Assembly: GCA_041617635.1 (NCBI GenBank)
Contig: JBFJOO010000005.1
Coordinates: 23,033 to 87,032 of the forward strand
From: Burkholderiales bacterium
Lineage (GTDB): Bacteria > Pseudomonadota > Gammaproteobacteria > Burkholderiales > SG8-39
Length of the DNA: 64,000 nt
Direction of reading: 5' to 3'
Shown here: positions 1 through 9,841 of the stretch, piece after piece
How the letters are laid out: each line of letters opens with the position of its first letter
How positions within the stretch are numbered: position 1 is the first letter of the stretch
The notes under the pieces: model-generated
What the model was told of the DNA's origin: nothing
Seen by the model: only the letters and a program-made list of their open reading frames with translations
Database searches by the model: none
Position numbers and translations under genes: made by a program

Positions 1-708
1 GCGCAATCCGAATCCGATCAGTCCGGCAGCAAGGAGGCCGAGGGTGCCTGGCTCGGGGATCTGAGCGCGTAGCGTGGTGTCACGGGCCAAGCTCCCGCCA
101 CGATTCAGGTTGTCGCTATAGGCGAAGTCATCGATCCCCGCAAACGATCCGGCTGAATGAATCACGCTGACGATGGAATCGCCCGTCACGGTCCAACCGT
201 AGAAGGTTTCGGCGCTGCCAAGGCCCATGCCGCCGGCCAGGACGTTTTGCTCATCGAGCACGCCCGACGACCCGACGAGCGTCAACGTCGTACTGCCCCG
301 CTGAAGGATATTGCCGAAGAAGGCGCCAACGGCAACGATCGACCCGAGGCTGGAAACGTCCGCCGTGATCGGTGCGCCATTATTGGAGAAGAGGAGCGCC
401 GAGCCGTATGGCGCGCCCGCCACGGGTCCACGGCTTCCGGAGATCCCTATGGTCCCGAGCGATACCGAGAACGGCAATCCGTCAACGGCAATCGTGTCGC
501 CATTGAAGACGAACGGGCCGCGCTCCGGGGTTCCCCACTCGCCATCGGCGACGATGCCTTCGAAATCGAGGCGCGTCGGGGAAGCGACGGCCAATTCCCA
601 GGCAGCGCGCTCGGTGTAGAACGTCACGACCGCATTCGCGGACTGCGCGACAGCGACCAACACCACCAGCAAGAGCCCGGCGTAGATCCGGGTGCGGTCA
701 ACAGGCAT
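1..708 (-). CDS. PEP-CTERM sorting domain protein (3' end runs off window)
   Basis: Manual translation from ATG 708 (SD GAGGGA): signal peptide MPVDRTRIYAGLLLVVLVAVAQSANA, open frame to window edge ending IPEPGTLGLLAAGLIGFGLR (PEP + TM helix). Not in ORF track. Confidence 0.85.
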   Translation of the reverse strand, partial: MPVDRTRIYAGLLLVVLVAVAQSANAVVTFYTERAAWELAVASPTRLDFEGIVADGEWGTPERGPFVFNGDTIAVDGLPFSVSLGTIGISGSRGPVAGAPYGSALLFSNNGAPITADVSSLGSIVAVGAFFGNILQRGSTTLTLVGSSGVLDEQNVLAGGMGLGSAETFYGWTVTGDSIVSVIHSAGSFAGIDDFAYSDNLNRGGSLARDTTLRAQIPEPGTLGLLAAGLIGFGLR

Positions 709-762
709 CGTCCCTCTGATCCTCACACTCCACTCCCGACGACCCAAGGTCGGCGCACGAAG

Positions 763-790
763 AAAAAACGGCGGGACAGCGTCCCGCCGT
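763..790 (-). terminator. Intrinsic terminator 55 nt upstream of PEP-CTERM start
   Basis: Minus strand ACGGCGGGAC-GCT-GTCCCGCCGT followed by T-tract. Confidence 0.8.
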
Positions 791-1000
791 GTGTAAAGAG
801 GGGCTTTGCGCCCACTCTCCCCGCTTACGCTTCCCCCGATCGATGCCGTTGGCATGCGATCAGGCTAGGCGCGGCGAGTGTATGTCACCCACTCCGCGAG
901 AGATACCGAGCAACTGTTAAATTCTGTGACAAGCCCGGTCGAGTGTGAATTTCCACCGGATCGGCGGAGCGAACGCGATCGCGCGTCGCGATTGACGGAC

Positions 1001-1031
1001 AAAAAAAAGCCCGCGTGGGAGGGAAGCGGGC
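1001..1031 (-). terminator. Intrinsic terminator with C-rich loop
   Basis: Minus strand GCCCGC-TTCCCTCCCAC-GCGGGC-TTTTTTTT. Confidence 0.85.
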
Positions 1032-1122
1032 CTAAGCGGAGAGCTCGAAACTTACGTTCGCTCGGAGGAGCTCTCCTGGGTGCTTTAGAACGGTCGCGGC
1101 GACGGCGCGCGCGACACCGTTC
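1001..1122 (-). ncRNA. Candidate 3'UTR-derived sRNA with anti-SD motifs
   Basis: Three consecutive hairpins (1088-1122, 1038-1076, 1009-1031) carrying CUCCUCC and UUCCCUCCC motifs. Confidence 0.45.
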
Positions 1123-1126
1123 CACG

Positions 1127-1579
1127 CTATTCGCGCGCTACGACCGACCCGTCGATGATGCGCACCTTCTCGCCGGCGGCATATCCGGGTTCGATCGGCT
1201 GCGAGATCGTTCGATACGAGCCGTCGTCCATCCGGATGGTCACCCGGTAGACGGTCTGGGTGCCCACGACCCCGCGGACCGCGCCGCTCGCGACCTCGCC
1301 GGCTCTCGGCGTCCCACTCTTGATCTCCAGCATGCGCACCGATTCGACGGTGCCGCAGGTCCCGCAGAGCTGCGTCGCGGCCGCTCGCTCGGACCGCGGC
1401 ACCGAGCGCGCCGCCTCGACCTGAATTTCGGCGCTCGGCTGCGCCTCCTGGGAGTTCTGCGAGCGAACGAGCGGTGTGCGTCCCGCGAGGGCGCCGATGG
1501 CCACCAGACTCACGATCACCACCACTGCCGCGGCGCCGGCGACGAACGGATTGATCCGTTTCGTTTCGGTCTCGTCCAT
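1127..1579 (-). CDS. Membrane-anchored protein related to betaproteobacterial glycine-zipper 2TM proteins
   Basis: Start moved to ATG 1579 (SD GAGGAG, downstream of sigma-54 promoter). N-terminal NPFVAGAAAVVVIVSLVAIGAL, CxxCG motif, C-terminal YRVTIRMDDGSYRT. Confidence 0.7.
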   Translation of the reverse strand: MDETETKRINPFVAGAAAVVVIVSLVAIGALAGRTPLVRSQNSQEAQPSAEIQVEAARSVPRSERAAATQLCGTCGTVESVRMLEIKSGTPRAGEVASGAVRGVVGTQTVYRVTIRMDDGSYRTISQPIEPGYAAGEKVRIIDGSVVARE

Positions 1580-1631
1580 GACTGCGGACTCCTCAGCAAG
1601 CGCGCATCGGGCGCGCCACGTCAGCGCTAGC

Positions 1632-1646
1632 GCAACGTGCGTGCCA
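1632..1646 (-). promoter_or_regulatory. Sigma-54 (-24/-12) promoter
   Basis: Minus strand TGGCAC-GCACG-TTGC, matching the consensus. Confidence 0.85.
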
Positions 1647-1653
1647 GAAGCAT

Positions 1654-1678
1654 GTTTTCTTTTTTGCTCAAAGGCTTG
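1654..1678. promoter_or_regulatory. IHF-like site
   Basis: T-rich tract then TCAA-AGGC-TTG (consensus WATCAA-N4-TTR), between the enhancer boxes and the sigma-54 promoter. Confidence 0.5.
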
Positions 1679-1711
1679 CGAGAAGTCCGCGCGCGCGGCC
1701 GCCCACCGCGC

Positions 1712-1796
1712 TGTCGCCATGTCCCGACGCGCCGCAGGCGCTCCCTACCCAGGAGCCCGGTCATTCAGCAAGTTGCGCTGTCGCTGGCGGACGACA
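1712..1796. promoter_or_regulatory. GlrR-type enhancer boxes
   Basis: TGTC-N10-GACA perfect at 1779-1796, and TGTC-N10-GACG at 1712-1729. Confidence 0.65.
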
Positions 1797-1871
1797 GACC
1801 GCGCATCACGTGCCTCGCAACGCGCGCGCGGCGCCGCGCGTCGCGTCAGGCAAGCAGCCGGTACGTGTGCA

Positions 1872-2189
1872 CTAATTCGCTTTTTGCGGGCTGCAATAGT
1901 CGAAGCCGTCTTGCCAGCCCACGCTGTACTGCCCGCTGACCTTGGATCGTGCGTCGGCTTGCCCCGCGCGCGCCGCAGCGCACCCATCGGTGAAGCCGCG
2001 CCGGAACTCGGGCGGAAAGCCGGACAGATTGATGGCGCGCGTCACGGTATCGGGGTCCTCGGCCCCGGGCCGGACCGGTCCGGTCGCCCCGCAGGCGGCG
2101 AGCGCAAGTGCCGCGGCCACCAGAACGCCGGCGCGCGCGCGACGCGAACGGCGGGCAATCCGACCGCGGAACATGTCGTGCGAACGCAT
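1872..2189 (-). CDS. Small lipoprotein, hypothetical
   Basis: Lipobox LALAAC, starts 2 nt after glrR stop, repeated GF/WxDG motifs (GFTDGC, GWQDGF). Confidence 0.7.
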   Translation of the reverse strand: MRSHDMFRGRIARRSRRARAGVLVAAALALAACGATGPVRPGAEDPDTVTRAINLSGFPPEFRRGFTDGCAAARAGQADARSKVSGQYSVGWQDGFDYCSPQKAN

Positions 2190-2191
2190 GC

Positions 2192-3567
<1,376 letters not shown>

Positions 3568-3571
<4 letters not shown>

Positions 3572-4080
3572 TGCTTGGCCGGCGGCGCCGGCTGTCCTCG
3601 CTCTATGATTGTCCGTTCGACTGCGCGCAGCGCATCGAGTTGCTCCCTGAGCTGCTCCGCGCGCGCGCGCGCCTTCGCGCGCTCCTCGATCTGCCCGTGC
3701 AGCATCGCGCCCAGCTGGCGCAGCCGGTCGGCCGACGGCCCGGACCGGGATAAGGGCTCCAGCAGGCTCGTCGCGCGCACGTCGTCCTGAAAAGGCGTGC
3801 CGGGCATGCACGCCAGCAGCGCGACGCGGATGCGATTGTAGGGAGTGGGGTCGCGCGAAAACGTCTGGCCCGCGCTCGCATACTCGCGCCGCTGGTCTTC
3901 GGGCTGCATGGCGGCGACCCGGCTGTAGTAGCCGAGGAGGTCGGAGACCTGCTTCGCGTCGTCGGAAATGGTGATCTCGCGCACGACCGGCGGCGCGGTC
4001 GGCGGCGCAGTGCACGCCGCAGGAACGAGCGCCACGACGCACCAGAGGAGCACGCGGCACGCACGCCGACCAGGATTCAC
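3568..4080 (-). CDS. QseG/YfhG-like lipoprotein
   Basis: GTG overlaps glrK stop, signal ending VPAAC, C-terminal coiled coil EQLDALRAVER, lies between glrK and glrR. Confidence 0.75.
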
Positions 4081-5528
4081 GCAACGCCCTCGCCGATCGG
4101 CAGCTTGACCCGGAAATGGGCGCCGGCGGAAGCGTCGACAAGCTCGATCGTGCCTTCGTGCGCGCGCACCAGCTCCTGCGTGATGGCGAGCCCGAGGCCG
4201 CTGCCCTGAACCCGCTCGCCCGGCGCCCGTTCGCCGCGAAAGAACCAGTCGAACACCTTCTCGCGGTTCTCGCGCGCGACGCCCGGGCCGCGATCGATCA
4301 CGTCGACGCACGCGGCGCCATCCGATTGCGAGACCTCGATCGTGATCGTGCCGCCCTCGGGCGAGTGCTTGACCGCGTTCGACACGAGATTGTCAAGCAA
4401 CGTGCGCAACTTGGCGCGATCGGCGAACACCGGCGTCGGGTACGCCGCCACTTCCAGCTTGATCGAGCGTGCGGCGGCCGCGAGCTTGTGGGCGTCGGCC
4501 ACCGCCCGCGCGACGTCTGCGACGTCCAGCTGCTTGCGGTCGAGCTGACCGATCGCGGCCACCGTCCGCTGATAATCCAGGAGATCCTCGATCAGGCGCT
4601 GCAGCTGCGCGCCGTTCGCCTGGAGTATCGAGACGATCTCCCGCTGCTGCGCGGAAAGCGCTCCGGCAGTTCCGTCCGCGAGCAGTTCCGCGCCCTCGCG
4701 CAGCGCCGTGAGCGGCGTTTTGAGCTCGTGGGACACGTGGCGCAGGAATCGCAACTTCTGCTCCTCTAGGGCGATCAACCGACGGCGCAGCCATTCGAGC
4801 TGAGCGCCGAGATACTCGAGATCCCGCGGCCCGTGGACCCGGATCGGGGCGGTGAACTCCGCCGCACCGAGCTGGCGGATCGCACGATCCACCTGTCCGA
4901 TCGGCCGGGCGATGAGAAACGCGAACAGCGCTGCGATCAGGAGGCCGAGCAGCAGGGCGGCGTAGAGCTGCAGATACAGCAGGCGCTGCGTATCCGCGGC
5001 CGAATCGCGCACGCGGTTGACCTCCCGGTCGATCAACAGGGTCGACTCGTTCAGCACCGCCTTCGCCATTTCCGAAAGGTCGACGTAGCCGCGCACGAGT
5101 TGCGCGCGCTCGGCGGGCGGGCCGAGCAGTTTGCCGAGCCGCTCGAAGAGCGCCTGCTCCCAGTCGATCGTGCGATTCAGCGCTGCCAGCTGCGTCTCGT
5201 CGAGCGGCAGCAGCGACAGCTCGCTGGTGGTGAGCTTGAAATTAGCGCGAATCTTCATGTAGTCCACGAGCACGCCCGAGTCGTCGAGAATCACGTACTG
5301 GCGCACGATACGCTCCATGGACAGCGCCTGCTCCATCAGGAGCCGGGAGCCGCGCGCCGCCTGCGCGGCCTGGTCGATCGTGCTCTCGCTTTGGCGCGCC
5401 AGGTCCTGGACCGACAACGCCGCGTTGACGAGCGCCAGCACCAACGGAGCCGCCACCACGGCGAAGCCGATCGCGAGCAGCCGCAGCAACGATCGCGGGT
5501 AATATCGATGCGAGTGTCCGAGCCGCAT
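4077..5528 (-). CDS. glrK: Sensor histidine kinase GlrK/QseE
   Basis: Two TM helices, HAMP, FLRHVSHELKTPL H-box, NAVKHS, DRGPG, GSGLGL. Confidence 0.88.
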   Translation of the reverse strand: MRLGHSHRYYPRSLLRLLAIGFAVVAAPLVLALVNAALSVQDLARQSESTIDQAAQAARGSRLLMEQALSMERIVRQYVILDDSGVLVDYMKIRANFKLTTSELSLLPLDETQLAALNRTIDWEQALFERLGKLLGPPAERAQLVRGYVDLSEMAKAVLNESTLLIDREVNRVRDSAADTQRLLYLQLYAALLLGLLIAALFAFLIARPIGQVDRAIRQLGAAEFTAPIRVHGPRDLEYLGAQLEWLRRRLIALEEQKLRFLRHVSHELKTPLTALREGAELLADGTAGALSAQQREIVSILQANGAQLQRLIEDLLDYQRTVAAIGQLDRKQLDVADVARAVADAHKLAAAARSIKLEVAAYPTPVFADRAKLRTLLDNLVSNAVKHSPEGGTITIEVSQSDGAACVDVIDRGPGVARENREKVFDWFFRGERAPGERVQGSGLGLAITQELVRAHEGTIELVDASAGAHFRVKLPIGEGVA

Positions 5529-5641
5529 TGCCGCTCTGTCGGGACGTCTGCGGTCCCGCCCTATAATGCCGGCGTCATGATACAGGGGACTCCGCGCAAG
5601 CGTCCGGATGGCGCCCGGCCGCCCCGAGCGAGATTCGGCTA

Positions 5642-6148
5642 GTGCCCCGCATCACTCTTGTCGCGGCGCTCGCCCGCAACCGCGTGATCGGACAGCGGAA
5701 CGAGCTTCCCTGGCGCCTGCCTGAGGATCTGCGCCGGTTCAAGGCCCTGACCTTGCGTCATCCCGTGATCATGGGCCGCAGGACCCATGAGTCGATTCTC
5801 GGCACACTCGGACGTCCGCTCCCGGAACGGCTCAACATCGTCGTCACCCGGACAGCGGACTACGCGGCACCGGGATGCATCGTTGCCGCGTCGCTCGATG
5901 CCGCGTTCGCCGCCGCCGCGTCGGCAGTTGAGGTCTTCGTGATTGGCGGCGCGGAGGTCTACCGTGCAGCGCTTCCCCGCGCGCACCGGCTCCACCTCAC
6001 CGAGATCGACGCCGACTTCGATGGCGACGCATTGTTCCCGGATCTGCCGCCGGGTGCCTGGCGGGAGGTTTCGCGCGAGGCGCGTCCGCCCGGCGCCGAA
6101 TTCGCGCACGCGTATGCGTTTGTCGTCTATGAGCGGGTCTCCGGCTAA
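5642..6148 (+). CDS. folA: Dihydrofolate reductase
   Basis: VIG..NELPWRLPEDL, IMGRRT, RPLPER, VIGGAEVY. Confidence 0.95.
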   Translation: MPRITLVAALARNRVIGQRNELPWRLPEDLRRFKALTLRHPVIMGRRTHESILGTLGRPLPERLNIVVTRTADYAAPGCIVAASLDAAFAAAASAVEVFVIGGAEVYRAALPRAHRLHLTEIDADFDGDALFPDLPPGAWREVSREARPPGAEFAHAYAFVVYERVSG

Positions 6149-6610
6149 CTAGCCCGACCGAGGCGCATCCGGTCGATCGTGCAGGCACATCAGCGTCTGC
6201 AGGCCGTACGCGCAGGACTTCGCGGCGCCGCTTTTCACGGCCAGCACTTCCAGCTCGCAGATCGTGAGCGAGCGCCCGGACTTCTTGACCCGCCCGATTG
6301 CGACGAGCGTGTCCCCTTCGGCCGGCGCGACCAGGTTCATCTTGTACTCGACCGTGAGCACTGAACTGCCCGCCGGAAACAGCGTGTATCCCGCATAGCC
6401 TCCGGCGGAGTCCGCTATCGTGCTCGTGACGCCGGCATGGAAGAAGCCATGCTGCTGCGTCAGGTCGGCGCGGTACGGCAGCTCGATCTCGACGCGCCCG
6501 GGCTCGACTCGGGTCATCCGCGCGCCGATGAGGCGCATGATTCCCTGCCGTTCGAAGCTCGCGCGGACACGCGTCGCGTATTCCGGATCGGGGGCGGTAA
6601 ACAGGGTCAT
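6149..6610 (-). CDS. PaaI-family thioesterase
   Basis: LTQQHGFFHAG...ADSAGG hot-dog motif. Confidence 0.9.
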   Translation of the reverse strand: MTLFTAPDPEYATRVRASFERQGIMRLIGARMTRVEPGRVEIELPYRADLTQQHGFFHAGVTSTIADSAGGYAGYTLFPAGSSVLTVEYKMNLVAPAEGDTLVAIGRVKKSGRSLTICELEVLAVKSGAAKSCAYGLQTLMCLHDRPDAPRSG

Positions 6611-6813
6611 CCAGCTGTCCTCGGGGCCGCCGTGCGCAAGGATTCCACAGTATCACCGGGCGCCTGCGTTCGTGAAGTAGGCGGTCCCGGCAGCGGCCAA
6701 GCACAGCCCGGTCCTCAGAGACGGCCAAGAAGATTTCCGCGCAAGAACCGGAGTGCGGCGCGCAGAACGCTCGCGTATGCTCGCCGCTGCCGCGTTTTCC
6801 GGAACCGCATTCG

Positions 6814-7674
6814 ATGTCCCTGCGCGACACCTTGCTGCTCGTCGGGCTGGCCGCCGTCTGGGGCGCATCGTTCATCTTCCTGCGCATTGCCGCGCCGAGC
6901 TTCGGCGCGCTCGCGCTCGCCGAGTTGCGCGTGCTGCTCGCCGGGATCGCGCTGCTCGCCTACGCAGTCGCCTTCGGGCGTAGCCTGCCGCGACTCGCGG
7001 ACTGGCGAGCGCATCTGATGATCGGCGCGTTCAACTCCGGCATCCCTTTCGCGCTGTTTGCGTTCGCCGCGCTCCACATCGGCGCCTCGTACATGGCGGT
7101 GCTCAACGCCACGAGCCCGCTGTTCGGGGCGCTCTTCGGCGTGGCGCTCGGCCGCGAGCAGATCGGCGCGGGCAAGATCGTCGGGATGCTGCTCGGCATT
7201 GCCGGCGTCGCGCTGCTCGTCGGGCTCGGCCCGATCGCCGTGACGGGCTGGACGCTGGCGGCCGCAGCCGCGTCGCTCGCCGCCTCGGCCTGCTACGGAT
7301 TCGCCGGCCATCAGGCCAAGATTCAGGGAGCGGCCATGTCGCCGCTCGCCCTGGCGCTCGGCAGCCAGCTGGGCGCCGCGGCGGTGCTCGCCCCGCCCAC
7401 GCTCTTCGCGCTGCCGAGCGCGCTACCGCCATCGAATGCCCTGGCGAGCGTTGCCGTGCTCGCCCTCGTCTGCACGGCCGCGGCCTACCTCGCATACTTT
7501 CGCCTGATCGTGCGCATCGGACCGGTGCGCGCGCTCACCGTGACGTTTCTGATTCCGGTGTTCGGCCTGCTGTGGGGAGCGGTGTTTCTCGGCGAGCAGA
7601 TCACTGCGAGCATGATCGCGGGCTGCGCAACCGTGCTCGTCGCAACGCGGCTGGTGCTCCGCGCGGAGCGCTGA
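6814..7674 (+). CDS. EamA/DMT transporter
   Basis: VWGASF, about 10 TM helices, LNATSPLF, VTFLIPVFG. Confidence 0.9.
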   Translation: MSLRDTLLLVGLAAVWGASFIFLRIAAPSFGALALAELRVLLAGIALLAYAVAFGRSLPRLADWRAHLMIGAFNSGIPFALFAFAALHIGASYMAVLNATSPLFGALFGVALGREQIGAGKIVGMLLGIAGVALLVGLGPIAVTGWTLAAAAASLAASACYGFAGHQAKIQGAAMSPLALALGSQLGAAAVLAPPTLFALPSALPPSNALASVAVLALVCTAAAYLAYFRLIVRIGPVRALTVTFLIPVFGLLWGAVFLGEQITASMIAGCATVLVATRLVLRAER

Positions 7675-7685
7675 GCGCGAGAAAT

Positions 7686-7832
7686 TCAGGCTATTCGCGG
7701 GAGGGTCACCCCTTGCTGACCTTGATGGGATCGACCGCGGGCCTCGCAAGCACCCGATTGGCCCGCAGACACACCATCCATCTCGGATGCGCTAAGCCAT
7801 TCGCGGGAGGGTCACCCCCTGCTGACCCTGAT
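7686..7832 (-). repeat. Direct duplication of the dcd 3' end (7686-7726 vs 7792-7832)
   Basis: 32/34 identity between 7693-7726 and 7799-7832. Copies encode [12 protein letters not shown] and [12 protein letters not shown]. Confidence 0.9.
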
Positions 7833-8361
7833 ATTTACCCCCGCGGTCCTTGTACGACGTCTCGCAGACCTCGTCGGACTCGAAGAAGATCACCTGGGCC
7901 ACACCCTCGTTCGCGTAGATCTTCGCCGGCAGCGGCGTGGTGTTGGAGAACTCGAGCGTGACGTAGCCCTCCCACTCGGGCTCGAACGGGGTCACGTTGA
8001 CGATGATGCCGCAGCGCGCGTAAGTCGATTTTCCGAGGCAGATCGTCAGCACGTTGCGCGGAATTCTGAAGTACTCGACCGTGCGCGCGAGCGCGAACGA
8101 GTTGGGCGGGATGATGCAGACATCGCCCCGGAAATCGACGAACGACTTCGCGTCGAAGTCCTTCGGGTCCACGATCGTGGAGTTGATGTTCGTAAAGATC
8201 TTGAAGTCCGGCGAGCAGCGAATGTCGTAGCCGTAGCTCGAGGTGCCGTACGACACGACCTTGCGACCTTCCACCGACTTGACCTGCCCGGGCTCGAAGG
8301 GCTCGATCATGCGGTGCTCCTCCGCCATCCGGCGGATCCACTTGTCGGACTTGATGCTCAC
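7792..8361 (-). CDS. dcd: dCTP deaminase
   Basis: [41 protein letters not shown]. Confidence 0.97.
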   Translation of the reverse strand: MSIKSDKWIRRMAEEHRMIEPFEPGQVKSVEGRKVVSYGTSSYGYDIRCSPDFKIFTNINSTIVDPKDFDAKSFVDFRGDVCIIPPNSFALARTVEYFRIPRNVLTICLGKSTYARCGIIVNVTPFEPEWEGYVTLEFSNTTPLPAKIYANEGVAQVIFFESDEVCETSYKDRGGKYQGQQGVTLPRMA

Positions 8362-8602
8362 GCGATCCTCCCCCGAAACGACGACGGCGCCTGCTGCGGC
8401 GCCGTCGCATCTTCGGAATGTGTCCGTCGTCCAGATATCACAAGCGCGATTGTACGGGTTTCAGTGACCGCGGCGACCCATGGCGAAGCTCATCCAGGAT
8501 TCCGTCCGACGCCGGGCAATCCTCGGCACTTCCCGCCCAACTGTTGAGCGGCGCCGCGCCAGCGGCGTCCGCTCCAACAAGCGGCGCTGCCACGCCCCGC
8601 TC

Positions 8603-9691
8603 TCAGGTGTTCTGAATGACTATATTCGGAAACTTTCCGCTCATGTCTTTCTGCAGCTCCCCGATCTTCACCGCCACCCGCCGCGCGATCCGTCGATAGA
8701 TCTCCGCCACGCGACCGTCCGGATCGGAGACGACGGTCGGCTTGCCCGAGTCGGCCTGCTCGCGGATGCTCATGTCGAGGGGCAGCGCGCCGAGAAACTC
8801 GGCCCCGTAGTCCTTGCACATCCGCTCGGCTCCGCCGGAGCCGAAGATCGACTCCTCGTGGCCGCAGTTCGAGCAGATGTGGATGGACATGTTCTCTACG
8901 ATGCCGAGGATCGGGATGCCCACTTTCTCGAACATCTTGAGCCCCTTGCGCGCGTCGATGAGCGCGATGTCCTGCGGCGTGGTGACGATCACCGCGCCGG
9001 TCACCGGCACCTTCTGCGCGAGCGTGAGCTGGATGTCTCCCGTGCCCGGCGGCAGGTCGACGACGAGATAGTCGAGCGCGCGCCACCGGGTGTCCTTCAG
9101 AAGCTGCTCGAGCGCCTGGGTCACCATCGGTCCGCGCCACACCATGGGCGTGTCGACGTCGATCAGGAATCCGATCGAGCTCGCCTGGATGCCGTGGCCG
9201 GTCATCGGCTCGAGGCTCTTGCCGTCGCGCGACTCCGGTCGCCCGGTGATGCCGAGCATCGTCGGCTGGGAGGGCCCGTAGATGTCGGCATCGAGCATGC
9301 CGACCGACGCGCCCTCCGCGGCAAGCCCGAGCGCGAGATTCACGGCGGTGGTGGATTTCCCGACGCCGCCCTTTCCCGACGCGATCGCGATGATGTTCTT
9401 GACCTCCGGCACCAGCTTGACGCCGCGCTGGACGGCGTGCGAAACGATCTTCGAGCGGACCGTCACGTTCGCCGCCCGGACGCCGGGTACGGCACGCAGC
9501 CGGTCGCCGACCAGCTTGCGGATCAGGTCGAGCTGGCTCTTGCCGGGATAGCCGAGCTCGATCTCGAGCGACACATCCGCGTCGGTCACCTTGAGGTTCT
9601 TGATCGAGCGTGTGGTGACGAAGTCCTTGTCGGTGTTCGGGTCGACGACTTCCTTCAATGCGGCTTGAACGTCCTGTTCGGTGATTCCCAT
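8603..9691 (-). CDS. apbC: Fe-S cluster carrier ApbC/Mrp
   Basis: ASGKGGVGKST, DLPPGTGD, CSNC. Divergent from metG. Confidence 0.95.
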   Translation of the reverse strand: MGITEQDVQAALKEVVDPNTDKDFVTTRSIKNLKVTDADVSLEIELGYPGKSQLDLIRKLVGDRLRAVPGVRAANVTVRSKIVSHAVQRGVKLVPEVKNIIAIASGKGGVGKSTTAVNLALGLAAEGASVGMLDADIYGPSQPTMLGITGRPESRDGKSLEPMTGHGIQASSIGFLIDVDTPMVWRGPMVTQALEQLLKDTRWRALDYLVVDLPPGTGDIQLTLAQKVPVTGAVIVTTPQDIALIDARKGLKMFEKVGIPILGIVENMSIHICSNCGHEESIFGSGGAERMCKDYGAEFLGALPLDMSIREQADSGKPTVVSDPDGRVAEIYRRIARRVAVKIGELQKDMSGKFPNIVIQNT

Positions 9692-9841
9692 GATGTTCTC
9701 TGGAGAGGACTGCAAGGCGACACGCCCATTCGTCCGTTGACCGATGTGCGATCGCAAACGGAAAGCGTATTAGTGTAGCAAAGGCGCCCCTGCCGCTAAA
9801 CCACGCTAAAATCACGGGTTTAGAGCATCTGATCGCTTCGA

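Noticed and set aside
797-840. c-di-GMP-I riboswitch (minus strand GAGTGGGCGCAAAGCC resembles its core)
   Set aside because: The upstream GGCAAACC/GAAA tetraloop stem and the second stem are not evident. Kept only as an unclassified leader.
157-948. 263-aa plus-strand ORF
   Set aside because: Antisense to the PEP-CTERM gene and runs across terminator structures.
7686-7832. DGR template/variable repeat (three A-to-G differences)
   Set aside because: Only about 40 bp, changes are synonymous or conservative, non-A differences are present, the target is housekeeping and no reverse transcriptase is in the window.
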